Shown here one piece after another: positions 8,497 through 15,812 of a stretch of DNA of 37,271 nucleotides (positions are counted from its first letter, which is position 1; the number at the start of each line of letters is the position of its first letter). A model generated the notes under the pieces. It was not told where the DNA came from. It ran no database searches and saw only the letters and a list, made by a program, of their open reading frames with translations. Source of the stretch: Chloroflexota bacterium (GTDB taxonomy: Bacteria > Chloroflexota > Chloroflexia > QHBQ01). Where the stretch lies: NCBI GenBank assembly GCA_043754535.1, contig JAYUUN010000069.1:1-37271 (forward strand), given 5' to 3'. Both the position numbers and the translations under genes were made by a program.

Positions 8497-9654
8497 TTAC
8501 TTGCGGTTGCTGATTGGTCCGTACTTCAGCCCTTCAGGGCCGATGTACTCGGCGCGGGGGCGGATGATGCGGTTGTCGGCGTACTGCTCGAAGGCGTGGC
8601 CGATCCAGCCGACCACACGGCTGACCACGAACAGGGGGATGTAGAGGCCGGTCTTGATCCCCAAGGCGCGGTAAGTGCTGGCCGAGTAGAAGTCTACGTT
8701 GGGGTAGAGGCCGCGAATCTCTAGCACGGCCCGCTCGATAGCCGCGCTCATGTCGTACCACTTGCTCTCGCCATTCTGCTGGCCGAGTTGCTGCGCCAGC
8801 TTCTTGAGGATGAAGGCGCGAGGGTCACCGTGCTTGTAGACACGGTGGCCGAAGCCCATCACCAGCTTCTTGTTGGCGAACTGCTCCGCTGTCCACGCCC
8901 CCGCGTCCAGACCGGCTGCGTCGATCTGCTCAAGTGTCTTCATCACCGCCTGATTTGCGCCCCCATGCAGCGGCCCCTTGAGTGTGCCAATCGCGGTGAC
9001 GATGGCCGAGTGCAGGTCGGAGAGGGTGGAGGCAGTGACGATGGTGGCGAAGGCGGAGGCGTTCAACTCGTGGTCGGCGTGCAAGATAAGGGCAGTGTCA
9101 ATCGTCTCGGCCCGCAACGCGTTCGGCTCCTCCCCTTCAAGCATATAGAGGAAGTTGGAGGCGTGGCTGAGGTGGCTGCTGGGTGCAATCGGCTCCTGCC
9201 CCTGGCCCAGGCGTTCGTAGGCGGCAACCAGGGTGGGGATTTGAGCGGTAATGCGGATCGCCTTCCGCAGGTTGGCCTCATGGCTCATCTCCTGCGCCTC
9301 CTCGTCGTAGAGGGCGAGGGCAGAGACGGCAGTTCGCAGCACATCCATAGAGTTGCCATGCTGTGGCAGGTTACGCAGCATCGCCAACACCCCCTCAGGG
9401 GCCGGGCGGTTGGCAACTAGCTTGCTGTTCAACTCGGCAAGCTCTACCTGGTTTGGCAGCTTGCCATACCAGATCAGGTGGATTACTTCCTCAAAGCTGG
9501 CATTAGCAGCCAGGTCTTCGATGGTGTAGCCCCCATAGATCAGGGTGGCTTCCTTCTCAATAATCGTACTGATCGAGGTGTTGCCCACTACGGCATCTTC
9601 GAGGCCGGAGGGTTTCTTCTTTTCAGTCTTCTCGGCGGTGGCGGCTTCAACCAC
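8497..9654 (-). CDS. gltA: Citrate synthase / 2-methylcitrate synthase (short type)
   Basis: HADHELNAS, GPLHGGAN, MGFGHRVY, DPRA and PNVDFY motifs; GTG start at 9654 after an AAAGGGGA SD. Confidence 0.95.
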   Translation of the reverse strand: MVEAATAEKTEKKKPSGLEDAVVGNTSISTIIEKEATLIYGGYTIEDLAANASFEEVIHLIWYGKLPNQVELAELNSKLVANRPAPEGVLAMLRNLPQHGNSMDVLRTAVSALALYDEEAQEMSHEANLRKAIRITAQIPTLVAAYERLGQGQEPIAPSSHLSHASNFLYMLEGEEPNALRAETIDTALILHADHELNASAFATIVTASTLSDLHSAIVTAIGTLKGPLHGGANQAVMKTLEQIDAAGLDAGAWTAEQFANKKLVMGFGHRVYKHGDPRAFILKKLAQQLGQQNGESKWYDMSAAIERAVLEIRGLYPNVDFYSASTYRALGIKTGLYIPLFVVSRVVGWIGHAFEQYADNRIIRPRAEYIGPEGLKYGPISNRK

Positions 9655-9695
9655 GTTGTTGATTCCCCTTTCTTGAAACGTCAGCGTTGCGCTCA

Positions 9696-9725
9696 ATTAT
9701 AGCACCAGGGGCAAACTGCTGTCCA
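9696..9725 (-). promoter_or_regulatory. gltA promoter
   Basis: TGGACA, 18 nt (including the extended -10 TG), TATAAT. Confidence 0.65.
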
Positions 9726-9780
9726 GCCTGCGACCATAGGTTTTGCTTATCCCTGCCATAATCTGCGCCTCTAGTGGCGA

Positions 9781-9813
9781 TAAGAAGGGGAGCCACCCAT
9801 GTGGGTAGCTCCC
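9781..9813 (-). terminator. Intrinsic terminator after infC
   Basis: GGGAGCTACCC-ACAT-GGGTGGCTCCC followed by CTTCTT. Confidence 0.65.
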
Positions 9814-9830
9814 TGTGAAGATGCAGTGGG

Positions 9831-10631
9831 TTAGCTGACCGACTGCTGCTCAGCTTCGGGCTGCTGCTCAGCTTTGGGCTGCTGCTCAGCTTCAGCGGGC
9901 TGCTGCTCAACTTCAGGCTGCTGCTCAACTTCAGGCTGCTGCTCAGCTTCAGCGGGCTGGCCGCCCCCGGTGGGTTGCTCGCCACCGACTAGCTGGCTGG
10001 CCCCCGCCGCGTTGAGTGCATCAGCCATTGCCGTGCTACCTGCTGTCAGCGCGTCATCGCTAGCCCCAGGCTGCCCAGTCGCGGGCTGTTCGCGGGGTGG
10101 GCGCGGGGTAGTACGAGCGCGATCCGCACGTGGGGCGAAGACCATCGTCATGTTACGCCCCTCCATCTTCGATAGCTGCTCCGGGGTGCCGACCTCGCGC
10201 AGGTGTTCGCTCATGCGGTCGAGTACCTGGCGGCCAAGCTCTTGATGGGTGATTTGCCGCCCCTTGAACTGCACGGTCAGCTTAACCTTGTAGCCCTGCT
10301 CCAGGAAGCGGTGTACCATGTTGGTCTTCACATCAATATCGTGGTCATCCATGATCGGCGACAGGCGCACTTCCTTGATCGTGGTGATCTTCTGCGTCTT
10401 GCGCGCCTCACGATCCCGCTTATCCTGGTCGTAGCGGAACTTGCCGTAATCCATCATGCGGCAGACTGGTGGCACCGCCGTCGGCGCGACCTCAACCAGG
10501 TCCAGCCCCCGCTCACGAGCCATCGTCTGGGCCTCACGAGTCTGCATGATCCCTAGCTGGTTGTTGTTCTCGTCAATTACCCGCACCTCGCGGACGCGGA
10601 TGCGCTCATTTACCCGCAGGTTCTTACCGAT
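9831..10631 (-). CDS. infC: Translation initiation factor IF-3 with low-complexity C-terminal tail; non-canonical ATC start
   Basis: RVNERIRVREVRVID, DLVEVAP, MDYGKFRY and KEVRL motifs; AGGAGG SD 7 nt before ATC at 10631. Confidence 0.95.
   Translation of the reverse strand: MGKNLRVNERIRVREVRVIDENNNQLGIMQTREAQTMARERGLDLVEVAPTAVPPVCRMMDYGKFRYDQDKRDREARKTQKITTIKEVRLSPIMDDHDIDVKTNMVHRFLEQGYKVKLTVQFKGRQITHQELGRQVLDRMSEHLREVGTPEQLSKMEGRNMTMVFAPRADRARTTPRPPREQPATGQPGASDDALTAGSTAMADALNAAGASQLVGGEQPTGGGQPAEAEQQPEVEQQPEVEQQPAEAEQQPKAEQQPEAEQQSVS
9844..9960 (-). repeat. Coding tandem repeat (18/21-nt units, [E/K][A/V]EQQ[P] x5) in the IF-3 tail
   Basis: Repeated GAGCAGCAG-based units. Confidence 0.9.
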
Positions 10632-10751
10632 GACTAAGCCTCCTGTTTGCAACAGCGGGCGCAATGGTTGCACCCTCACCTATCTGCGTAGACAGTCGCC
10701 ACTGGTGCAGCAACGACCCTAAGCCGCCTGGTCTGGCAGCTTGTGGCTGTA

Positions 10752-10781
10752 ACTATATCATATAAGTCTGCTAGCCGTCAA
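10752..10781 (-). promoter_or_regulatory. infC promoter
   Basis: TTGACG, 18 nt (including the extended -10 TG), TATAGT. Confidence 0.65.
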
Positions 10782-10923
10782 TTGGTTGAGCATTAGATTC
10801 GCGCCCGGCTCACAGATTGCGGCAGTCTATGGTCGTATCGTAACCGGGGCTGGTCTCCAGGCCAAGCACTGTCGGCCAATACTCAGCGGGGTGGGGGTTG
10901 CTCAGGCTGATCAGCAGCCGCGT

Positions 10924-12291
10924 TCACGACTTGCCCCAGGTTAGCACCAGCGCAATTGCTGCTGCGAACATAATTAGTGTAGCCACCCCGCACAACAGGT
11001 TGACCAACCAGCCGTTCACCCGCTTGCCCATCACAGTGCGGTTGTTGGCGACCAGCATTAGCACGACCAGCAGCGGCGGAGCGAGGAAGCCGTTGATTAC
11101 TGCTGTCCAGAACAGGGCAGCAATCTGCCCAATGCCTGTGAAGTTGATCAACATCCCGACCAGGGTGGAGGCGGCGATGACAGCGTAGAACTGCTTGGCC
11201 TTAGCCACCTTCTGGTCGAAGCCGAACTGCCAGCCCAGAGCTTCGGAGACGGCGTAGGCAGCACTGCCAGTCAGGATCGGCACCGCGAGGAAGCCCGCCC
11301 CGATCAGACCCACCGCTAGCAGCAACCCGGCTGCGTCACCAGCGATTGGGCGCAGGGCCTGGGCCGCGTCGGTCGCCGTCTGCACATCGGTCTTACCCGC
11401 CTTGAACAGCGTGGCGGCGGTTGCCAGGATGATGAAGTACATCACTGCATTGGAGAGCAGCATCCCAATATTCACATCCCAGGCTGCATACTTCAACTCG
11501 TTGTTGGTCGCGCCTTTACGCTGCCAGAGTTGCTTGCGACCCACGCTGATCTCCTCCTCCACCTCTTGACTAGCCTGCCAGAAGAACAAGTAGGGGGAGA
11601 TAGTCGTACCGAGAATGGCTACCACAATGGCGAGGAAGGTGGCATCGAAGTGGAGAGTGGGGATCAGGCTGGCGCGCAAGACCTCCCCCCAGTCGGGGCG
11701 GGCGAAGAAAGCAGCGGCAATGTAGGCAAAGAGGGCAAGGGTCAACCACTTGAAGATGTTGGCGATCAGGCGGTAGGAACCCCAGATTTGGATAGCGAGG
11801 ATAGTGAGGCTGGTAGGCACAACGAACAGCCAGGCGGGTACGGTGGGGATCAGCAGGTTGATAGCAGCGGCGATAGCCCCAATGTCAGCCCCGGCGTTGA
11901 TCGTGTTGGCGACTAGCAAGGCAAGCACAGCCAGGTAGAGCAGTGGGCGTGGGTAGTGCCGTCGTAGCACGCCTGCCAGACCCATGCCGCTGACCATGCC
12001 AACCTTAGCGCAGGCGTACTGTACGCCCGCCATCAGGGGGAAGCTGAAGACAGCCAGCCAGAGGGTAGCGAAGCCGAATTGTGCGCCCGCTGTGGTGTAG
12101 GTGCCAATGCCACTGGGGTCGTCATCGGACGCGCCCGTGACCAGGCCGGGGCCGAGTACCTTGAGCAGCCGCTTGACTGGATTGCGCTCCGCCAGCATAG
12201 CCGCTTCCAGCGTGTCAGTGCCACCCGCTGGTTCACTATGGGGGGTTAGTGGCGCGCCTTCCGCCGTGCTGTCTTTGGCCTGTCCTGCCAT
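10924..12291 (-). CDS. NRAMP-related divalent metal transporter (DDDPSG/TTISPY subtype)
   Basis: GPGLVTGASDDDPSGIGTY and LGTTISPY motifs, about 11 TM helices; AGGAGG SD before ATG 12291. Confidence 0.9.
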   Translation of the reverse strand: MAGQAKDSTAEGAPLTPHSEPAGGTDTLEAAMLAERNPVKRLLKVLGPGLVTGASDDDPSGIGTYTTAGAQFGFATLWLAVFSFPLMAGVQYACAKVGMVSGMGLAGVLRRHYPRPLLYLAVLALLVANTINAGADIGAIAAAINLLIPTVPAWLFVVPTSLTILAIQIWGSYRLIANIFKWLTLALFAYIAAAFFARPDWGEVLRASLIPTLHFDATFLAIVVAILGTTISPYLFFWQASQEVEEEISVGRKQLWQRKGATNNELKYAAWDVNIGMLLSNAVMYFIILATAATLFKAGKTDVQTATDAAQALRPIAGDAAGLLLAVGLIGAGFLAVPILTGSAAYAVSEALGWQFGFDQKVAKAKQFYAVIAASTLVGMLINFTGIGQIAALFWTAVINGFLAPPLLVVLMLVANNRTVMGKRVNGWLVNLLCGVATLIMFAAAIALVLTWGKS

Positions 12292-12373
12292 CCAACCCTC
12301 CTGGGTGATCATCTCCGCAGCTTAGTAGCTAAACCAGGCTACCCTTATCATTGCACGCTGAGGTATACAGCGC

Positions 12374-12400
12374 GGTGAAAATGGGTGACAATAAGGTGAA
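12374..12400. promoter_or_regulatory. Triple direct repeat GGTGAA/GGTGAC/GGTGAA, putative OmpR-family operator
   Basis: Starts at 12374, 12384 and 12395 (spacing 10, 11); the same architecture recurs at 14878 and 14987. Confidence 0.7.
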
Positions 12401-12409
12401 CGCAGCGGC

Positions 12410-12439
12410 TTGCCTTTAAGCGCAATCCTGTGCTAGAAT
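12410..12439 (+). promoter_or_regulatory. Promoter of the sensor kinase
   Basis: TTGCCT, 18 nt (including the extended -10 TG), TAGAAT. Confidence 0.55.
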
Positions 12440-12472
12440 TATGGTGAACGCGATTGGACAGGGAGACGACGA

Positions 12473-14092
12473 ATGAGTTCAGTGCAGCATCAGCCCCAAG
12501 CGGATAATGAGAGCAGCGACCAGTTGATCCTTCACCTGCTTGAGTTGCATGAGGGCGCACTCGCGATCAGCAGCACGCTCGAACTCAGCGTGATCTTGCA
12601 GCGGGTGGTGGATACCGCCCGGCGGCTGACCGCTTCGCGCTATGCGGCTCTTGGCATGGTCGGCGAAGATGGCCTGATCACTATGTTCATCACCAGCGGC
12701 ATCCCGGCTGAGAAGCGCGAAGTGATGGGTGAACTGCCTCGCGGTCACGGCCTGCTGGGCGTGCTGATTAAAGAGGGCAAGCCGATCCGCATCCCCAACA
12801 TCGCCGCCGACCAGCGTAGCAGCGGCTTCCCCCCCAACCATCCGCCAATGACCACCCTGCTGGGAATGCCGATCCGCTACCTCGGTCGCGTGGTTGGCGA
12901 CCTCTACCTGACCGACAAGGAGAACGGGCTGTTCTGGAGCGATGAGGACGAGTGGCTGACTGGCCTACTCGCCAGCCACGCGGCAGTTGCGATCAGCAAT
13001 GCCTACCTCTACCACGAACTGAAGCTCCAGCAGGAACACGCCGAAGCCAACCACCGCCGCCTGGCTGTGATCATGGCGGCTCTGCCAGAGGGCATTGTGG
13101 TTTGCGACAAAGCAGGGCGGGTGTTGCTGTTGAACGAAACCGCCCACCTCTTGCTCGGCTGGCAGGTGGGCGACGACGTTCAGGCGCGGCCCTACCTCAC
13201 TACCCAGCCCGACGGCAGCCCCTATACGACGGCGAGTTTGCCCCTCGTTCACACTCTGCGGGAGGGCGTGGCCCTCAGCGGCCAGCAGATGACCGTCAGC
13301 CAGCCGCATGGCAAGGTGGTGGATGTATTGACCAGCACTGCTCCCCTGCTCGACAGTAGTGGCACCCTGGCTGGCGCAGTGGCCGTCTACCAGGACATCA
13401 GCCAGATCACAGAGCTAGCTCGACTGAAGGACGAGTTCTTCTCCATGGCGACCCATGAGCTACGCACGCCGCTGACCTCGATCACCATGTCTTCTGGCCT
13501 ACTGGCCGAACTGTTGCTGGCCCAGGGTGGGCGGGTGGCTGGGCTGGCGGCCCTGGTGGATGAGAGTGCGCGGCGGTTGGGGACGTTGGTGGACGACTTG
13601 CTCGACCTCAGCAGGCTGGAGCATGGGCGGCTGCGCCTCTACTGCCGCCCTTTCGACCTCTGCGCCCTGCTCAATCGCATAGTAGATGAGACGCTACCGC
13701 TGGCCGAGCGCAAGAGCCAGCAATTGACGGTGATCGCCGACCAATCTTGCGCGCTGGAAGCCGATCCAGGGCGGATTGAGCAAGTGGTACTCAACCTGAT
13801 CGCCAACGCAATCAAGTACACCCCGGCGGGCGGCAACATCCAGGTCAGCGTGAACTACGGGCGCGGGGTGACGACCATCGCAGTAGCCGACAATGGCCCC
13901 GGCATTCCAGCCCATGAACGTGAACACATCTTCGAGCGGTTCTACCGCCGCGAGGATGAGGGGACAGCGCAGGCGGGTAGCGGCCTCGGCCTACCGATTG
14001 CCCGCCAACTGGTGGAGTTGCACGGTGGACGGCTGTGGGTGGAAGATGTGCCAGGCGGCGGCAGCATCTTTCGTTTCACCATCCCCCACTAG
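12473..14092 (+). CDS. Cytoplasmic GAF-PAS-HisKA-HATPase sensor kinase with DosS/DevS-like GAF
   Basis: GFPPNHPPM...LYLTDK GAF signature, PAS/PAC, ATHELRTPL H-box, NAIKY, DNGPGI and GSGLGL motifs. Confidence 0.92.
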   Translation: MSSVQHQPQADNESSDQLILHLLELHEGALAISSTLELSVILQRVVDTARRLTASRYAALGMVGEDGLITMFITSGIPAEKREVMGELPRGHGLLGVLIKEGKPIRIPNIAADQRSSGFPPNHPPMTTLLGMPIRYLGRVVGDLYLTDKENGLFWSDEDEWLTGLLASHAAVAISNAYLYHELKLQQEHAEANHRRLAVIMAALPEGIVVCDKAGRVLLLNETAHLLLGWQVGDDVQARPYLTTQPDGSPYTTASLPLVHTLREGVALSGQQMTVSQPHGKVVDVLTSTAPLLDSSGTLAGAVAVYQDISQITELARLKDEFFSMATHELRTPLTSITMSSGLLAELLLAQGGRVAGLAALVDESARRLGTLVDDLLDLSRLEHGRLRLYCRPFDLCALLNRIVDETLPLAERKSQQLTVIADQSCALEADPGRIEQVVLNLIANAIKYTPAGGNIQVSVNYGRGVTTIAVADNGPGIPAHEREHIFERFYRREDEGTAQAGSGLGLPIARQLVELHGGRLWVEDVPGGGSIFRFTIPH

Positions 14093-14792
14093 CGGGCGGT
14101 GGGGTTGCTCTGGCAAGGCGATAGCCGCTGCCCCGCTCGGTCAGGATGTAGAGGGGGTTCTCGGCATCGTCGCCCAGTTTGCGCCGCAACCGACTGACAT
14201 AAGTCTTGAGGTAGTCGCTCTGGCCCTTGTACTCGTCGCCCCAGACCTTGCTGAGCAGTAGGTCGAAGGTGAGTACCCGCCCAGCATTGCGGGCTAGCAG
14301 GTAGAGCAGCTTGTACTCGGTTGGGGTCAGCTTCAGTGTCTTGCCCGCCACCGCCACCTCATGGCTCTGGAAGTTGATCGTCAGGTCGCCACTCACGAAG
14401 CTGGGGCTGGCGGAGATCGGTTGGCTCAGGTCGGTGCGGCGTAGCACCGCCTTGATGCGGGCAAACAGTTCCAGGTGGCCGAACGGCTTGGTCAGGTAGT
14501 CATCCGCCCCCAGTTCCAGCCCCTTCACCTTGTCAGTCTCCTCGCCCCGTGCGGTCAGCATGATCACCGGTGCGTCGGATAGTTCGCGCAGCCGCTTGAG
14601 CATCTCCCAACCGCTCATGCGCGGCATATTGACATCCAGCAGGGTGAGGTCGGGCGACTGCTTAAAGAACAGGTCCAAACCCTTCTCGCCATCCCCTGCG
14701 GTGATCACCTGTGCGTCTTGCCACTGCAACTCCAGGCCAATAGTGATCGCTTCCACAATGCTGCGGTCATCATCCACGATCAGTATCTTCAT
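14076..14792 (-). CDS. OmpR/PhoB-family response regulator
   Basis: ILIVDDD, LLDVNMP, GADDYLTKPF, LTPTEYKLL and TERGSGY motifs. Confidence 0.95.
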   Translation of the reverse strand: MKILIVDDDRSIVEAITIGLELQWQDAQVITAGDGEKGLDLFFKQSPDLTLLDVNMPRMSGWEMLKRLRELSDAPVIMLTARGEETDKVKGLELGADDYLTKPFGHLELFARIKAVLRRTDLSQPISASPSFVSGDLTINFQSHEVAVAGKTLKLTPTEYKLLYLLARNAGRVLTFDLLLSKVWGDEYKGQSDYLKTYVSRLRRKLGDDAENPLYILTERGSGYRLARATPPPASGGW

Positions 14793-14828
14793 TATAGTCC
14801 CTCTCTGTTCTTACCTCATCTTAGTGCG

Positions 14829-14837
14829 ATTATAGCA
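14829..14837 (-). promoter_or_regulatory. Extended -10 of the response regulator
   Basis: TGcTATAAT on the minus strand. Confidence 0.55.
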
Positions 14838-14877
14838 TAGCGCGATGGGGCAGCAGGCGGTAGGCAGATAGAGATCA

Positions 14878-14904
14878 GGTGAAGGTTGGTGAACGTTTGG
14901 TGAA
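14878..14904. promoter_or_regulatory. Triple direct repeat GGTGAA x3, putative operator
   Basis: Exact GGTGAA at 14878, 14888 and 14899. Confidence 0.75.
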
Positions 14905-14986
14905 CAAGCTCCCCTCTCAACCGCTGGTTGGTGTCGGGTACGGTGCCAGGCTAGGCCAGGCCGTATACACGTCGCTGCAAGGATCG

Positions 14987-15040
14987 TTCACCGCCTGTTT
15001 ACCAACGCGCACCAAAATCGCCACCGACGCACCGTACAAT
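14987..15040 (+). promoter_or_regulatory. Inverted triple repeat TTCACC/TTTACC/CGCACC plus -10 TACAAT upstream of doxX
   Basis: Repeats at 14987, 14998 and 15008; TACAAT at 15035-15040. Confidence 0.6.
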
Positions 15041-15105
15041 AGAGTTAGGTGAGTGAACAGGGCAGCAACAACGTTAGCAAGACAGCACACACAGAGGAGG
15101 ACAAG

Positions 15106-15675
15106 ATGAACACTATCTCTAGCAACTGGAACAGCAAGTCGGTACAGGGCGCGGTTTGGGGCATCGTTCGGTTGTGGCTCGGCTATTCCTGGATCACAGG
15201 CGGCTGGGAGAAGCTGACTGGTGGTGGTTGGATCGACAGCAAGGCGGGCCTGGCCGTCGGCGGCTTCCTCAAGGGCGCGTTGGGCAAGGCCGGCGGCGAA
15301 CACCCAGAGGTACACGCCTGGTACGCTGACCTGACCCGCAACTTCTTCATCCCCAACGCGGTAGTCTTCAGCTACCTGGTAGCCTTCGGCGAGTTCATGA
15401 TTGGAGCAGCGTTGATTATCGGGCTGTTCACTCGCTTCGCGGCAGGGATGGGCATTCTGCTGAACCTGGCCTTCCTCTATGCAGGCACGAGCAGCAACAA
15501 CCCAGAGATGCTGGTGGCTGAGGTGGCGATTGTCTTCGCCGGGGTGTATGCTGGCTACTACGGGCTTGACCGCTTCGTGCTGCCCTACCTGCGGCGGGTG
15601 CTGAAGCTGGACGGCGCAGCGGGCGAGGTGACGAGTGGGCAGCCAGTGCCGCGTTCTCAACCCCAGGCTCTATAG
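15106..15675 (+). CDS. DoxX / TQO small-subunit (DoxD-like) membrane protein
   Basis: RLWLGYSWITGGWEKL, LVAFGE, GTSSNNP and GLDRF motifs; GAGGAGG SD before ATG 15106. Confidence 0.9.
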   Translation: MNTISSNWNSKSVQGAVWGIVRLWLGYSWITGGWEKLTGGGWIDSKAGLAVGGFLKGALGKAGGEHPEVHAWYADLTRNFFIPNAVVFSYLVAFGEFMIGAALIIGLFTRFAAGMGILLNLAFLYAGTSSNNPEMLVAEVAIVFAGVYAGYYGLDRFVLPYLRRVLKLDGAAGEVTSGQPVPRSQPQAL

Positions 15676-15691
15676 CTAGGTTAGTTGCAGT

Positions 15692-15734
15692 AGGGAAGCC
15701 GCCAGAGGCACAAGCTCTGGCGGCTTCTCTTTGT
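15692..15734 (+). terminator. Intrinsic terminator after doxX
   Basis: AGGGAAGCCGCCAGAG / CTCTGGCGGCTTCTCT stem followed by TTGT. Confidence 0.7.
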
Positions 15735-15812
15735 GCTGAGCAGTATTGGCACAGCAACCGAGTACCGTGGGGGGTTTATTGAGATGGGCAGGCACTAGAG
15801 CAGGGCTGAGCA

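Noticed and set aside
9844..9960. CRISPR-like repeat array
   Set aside because: In-frame coding repeats without unique spacers; no cas genes
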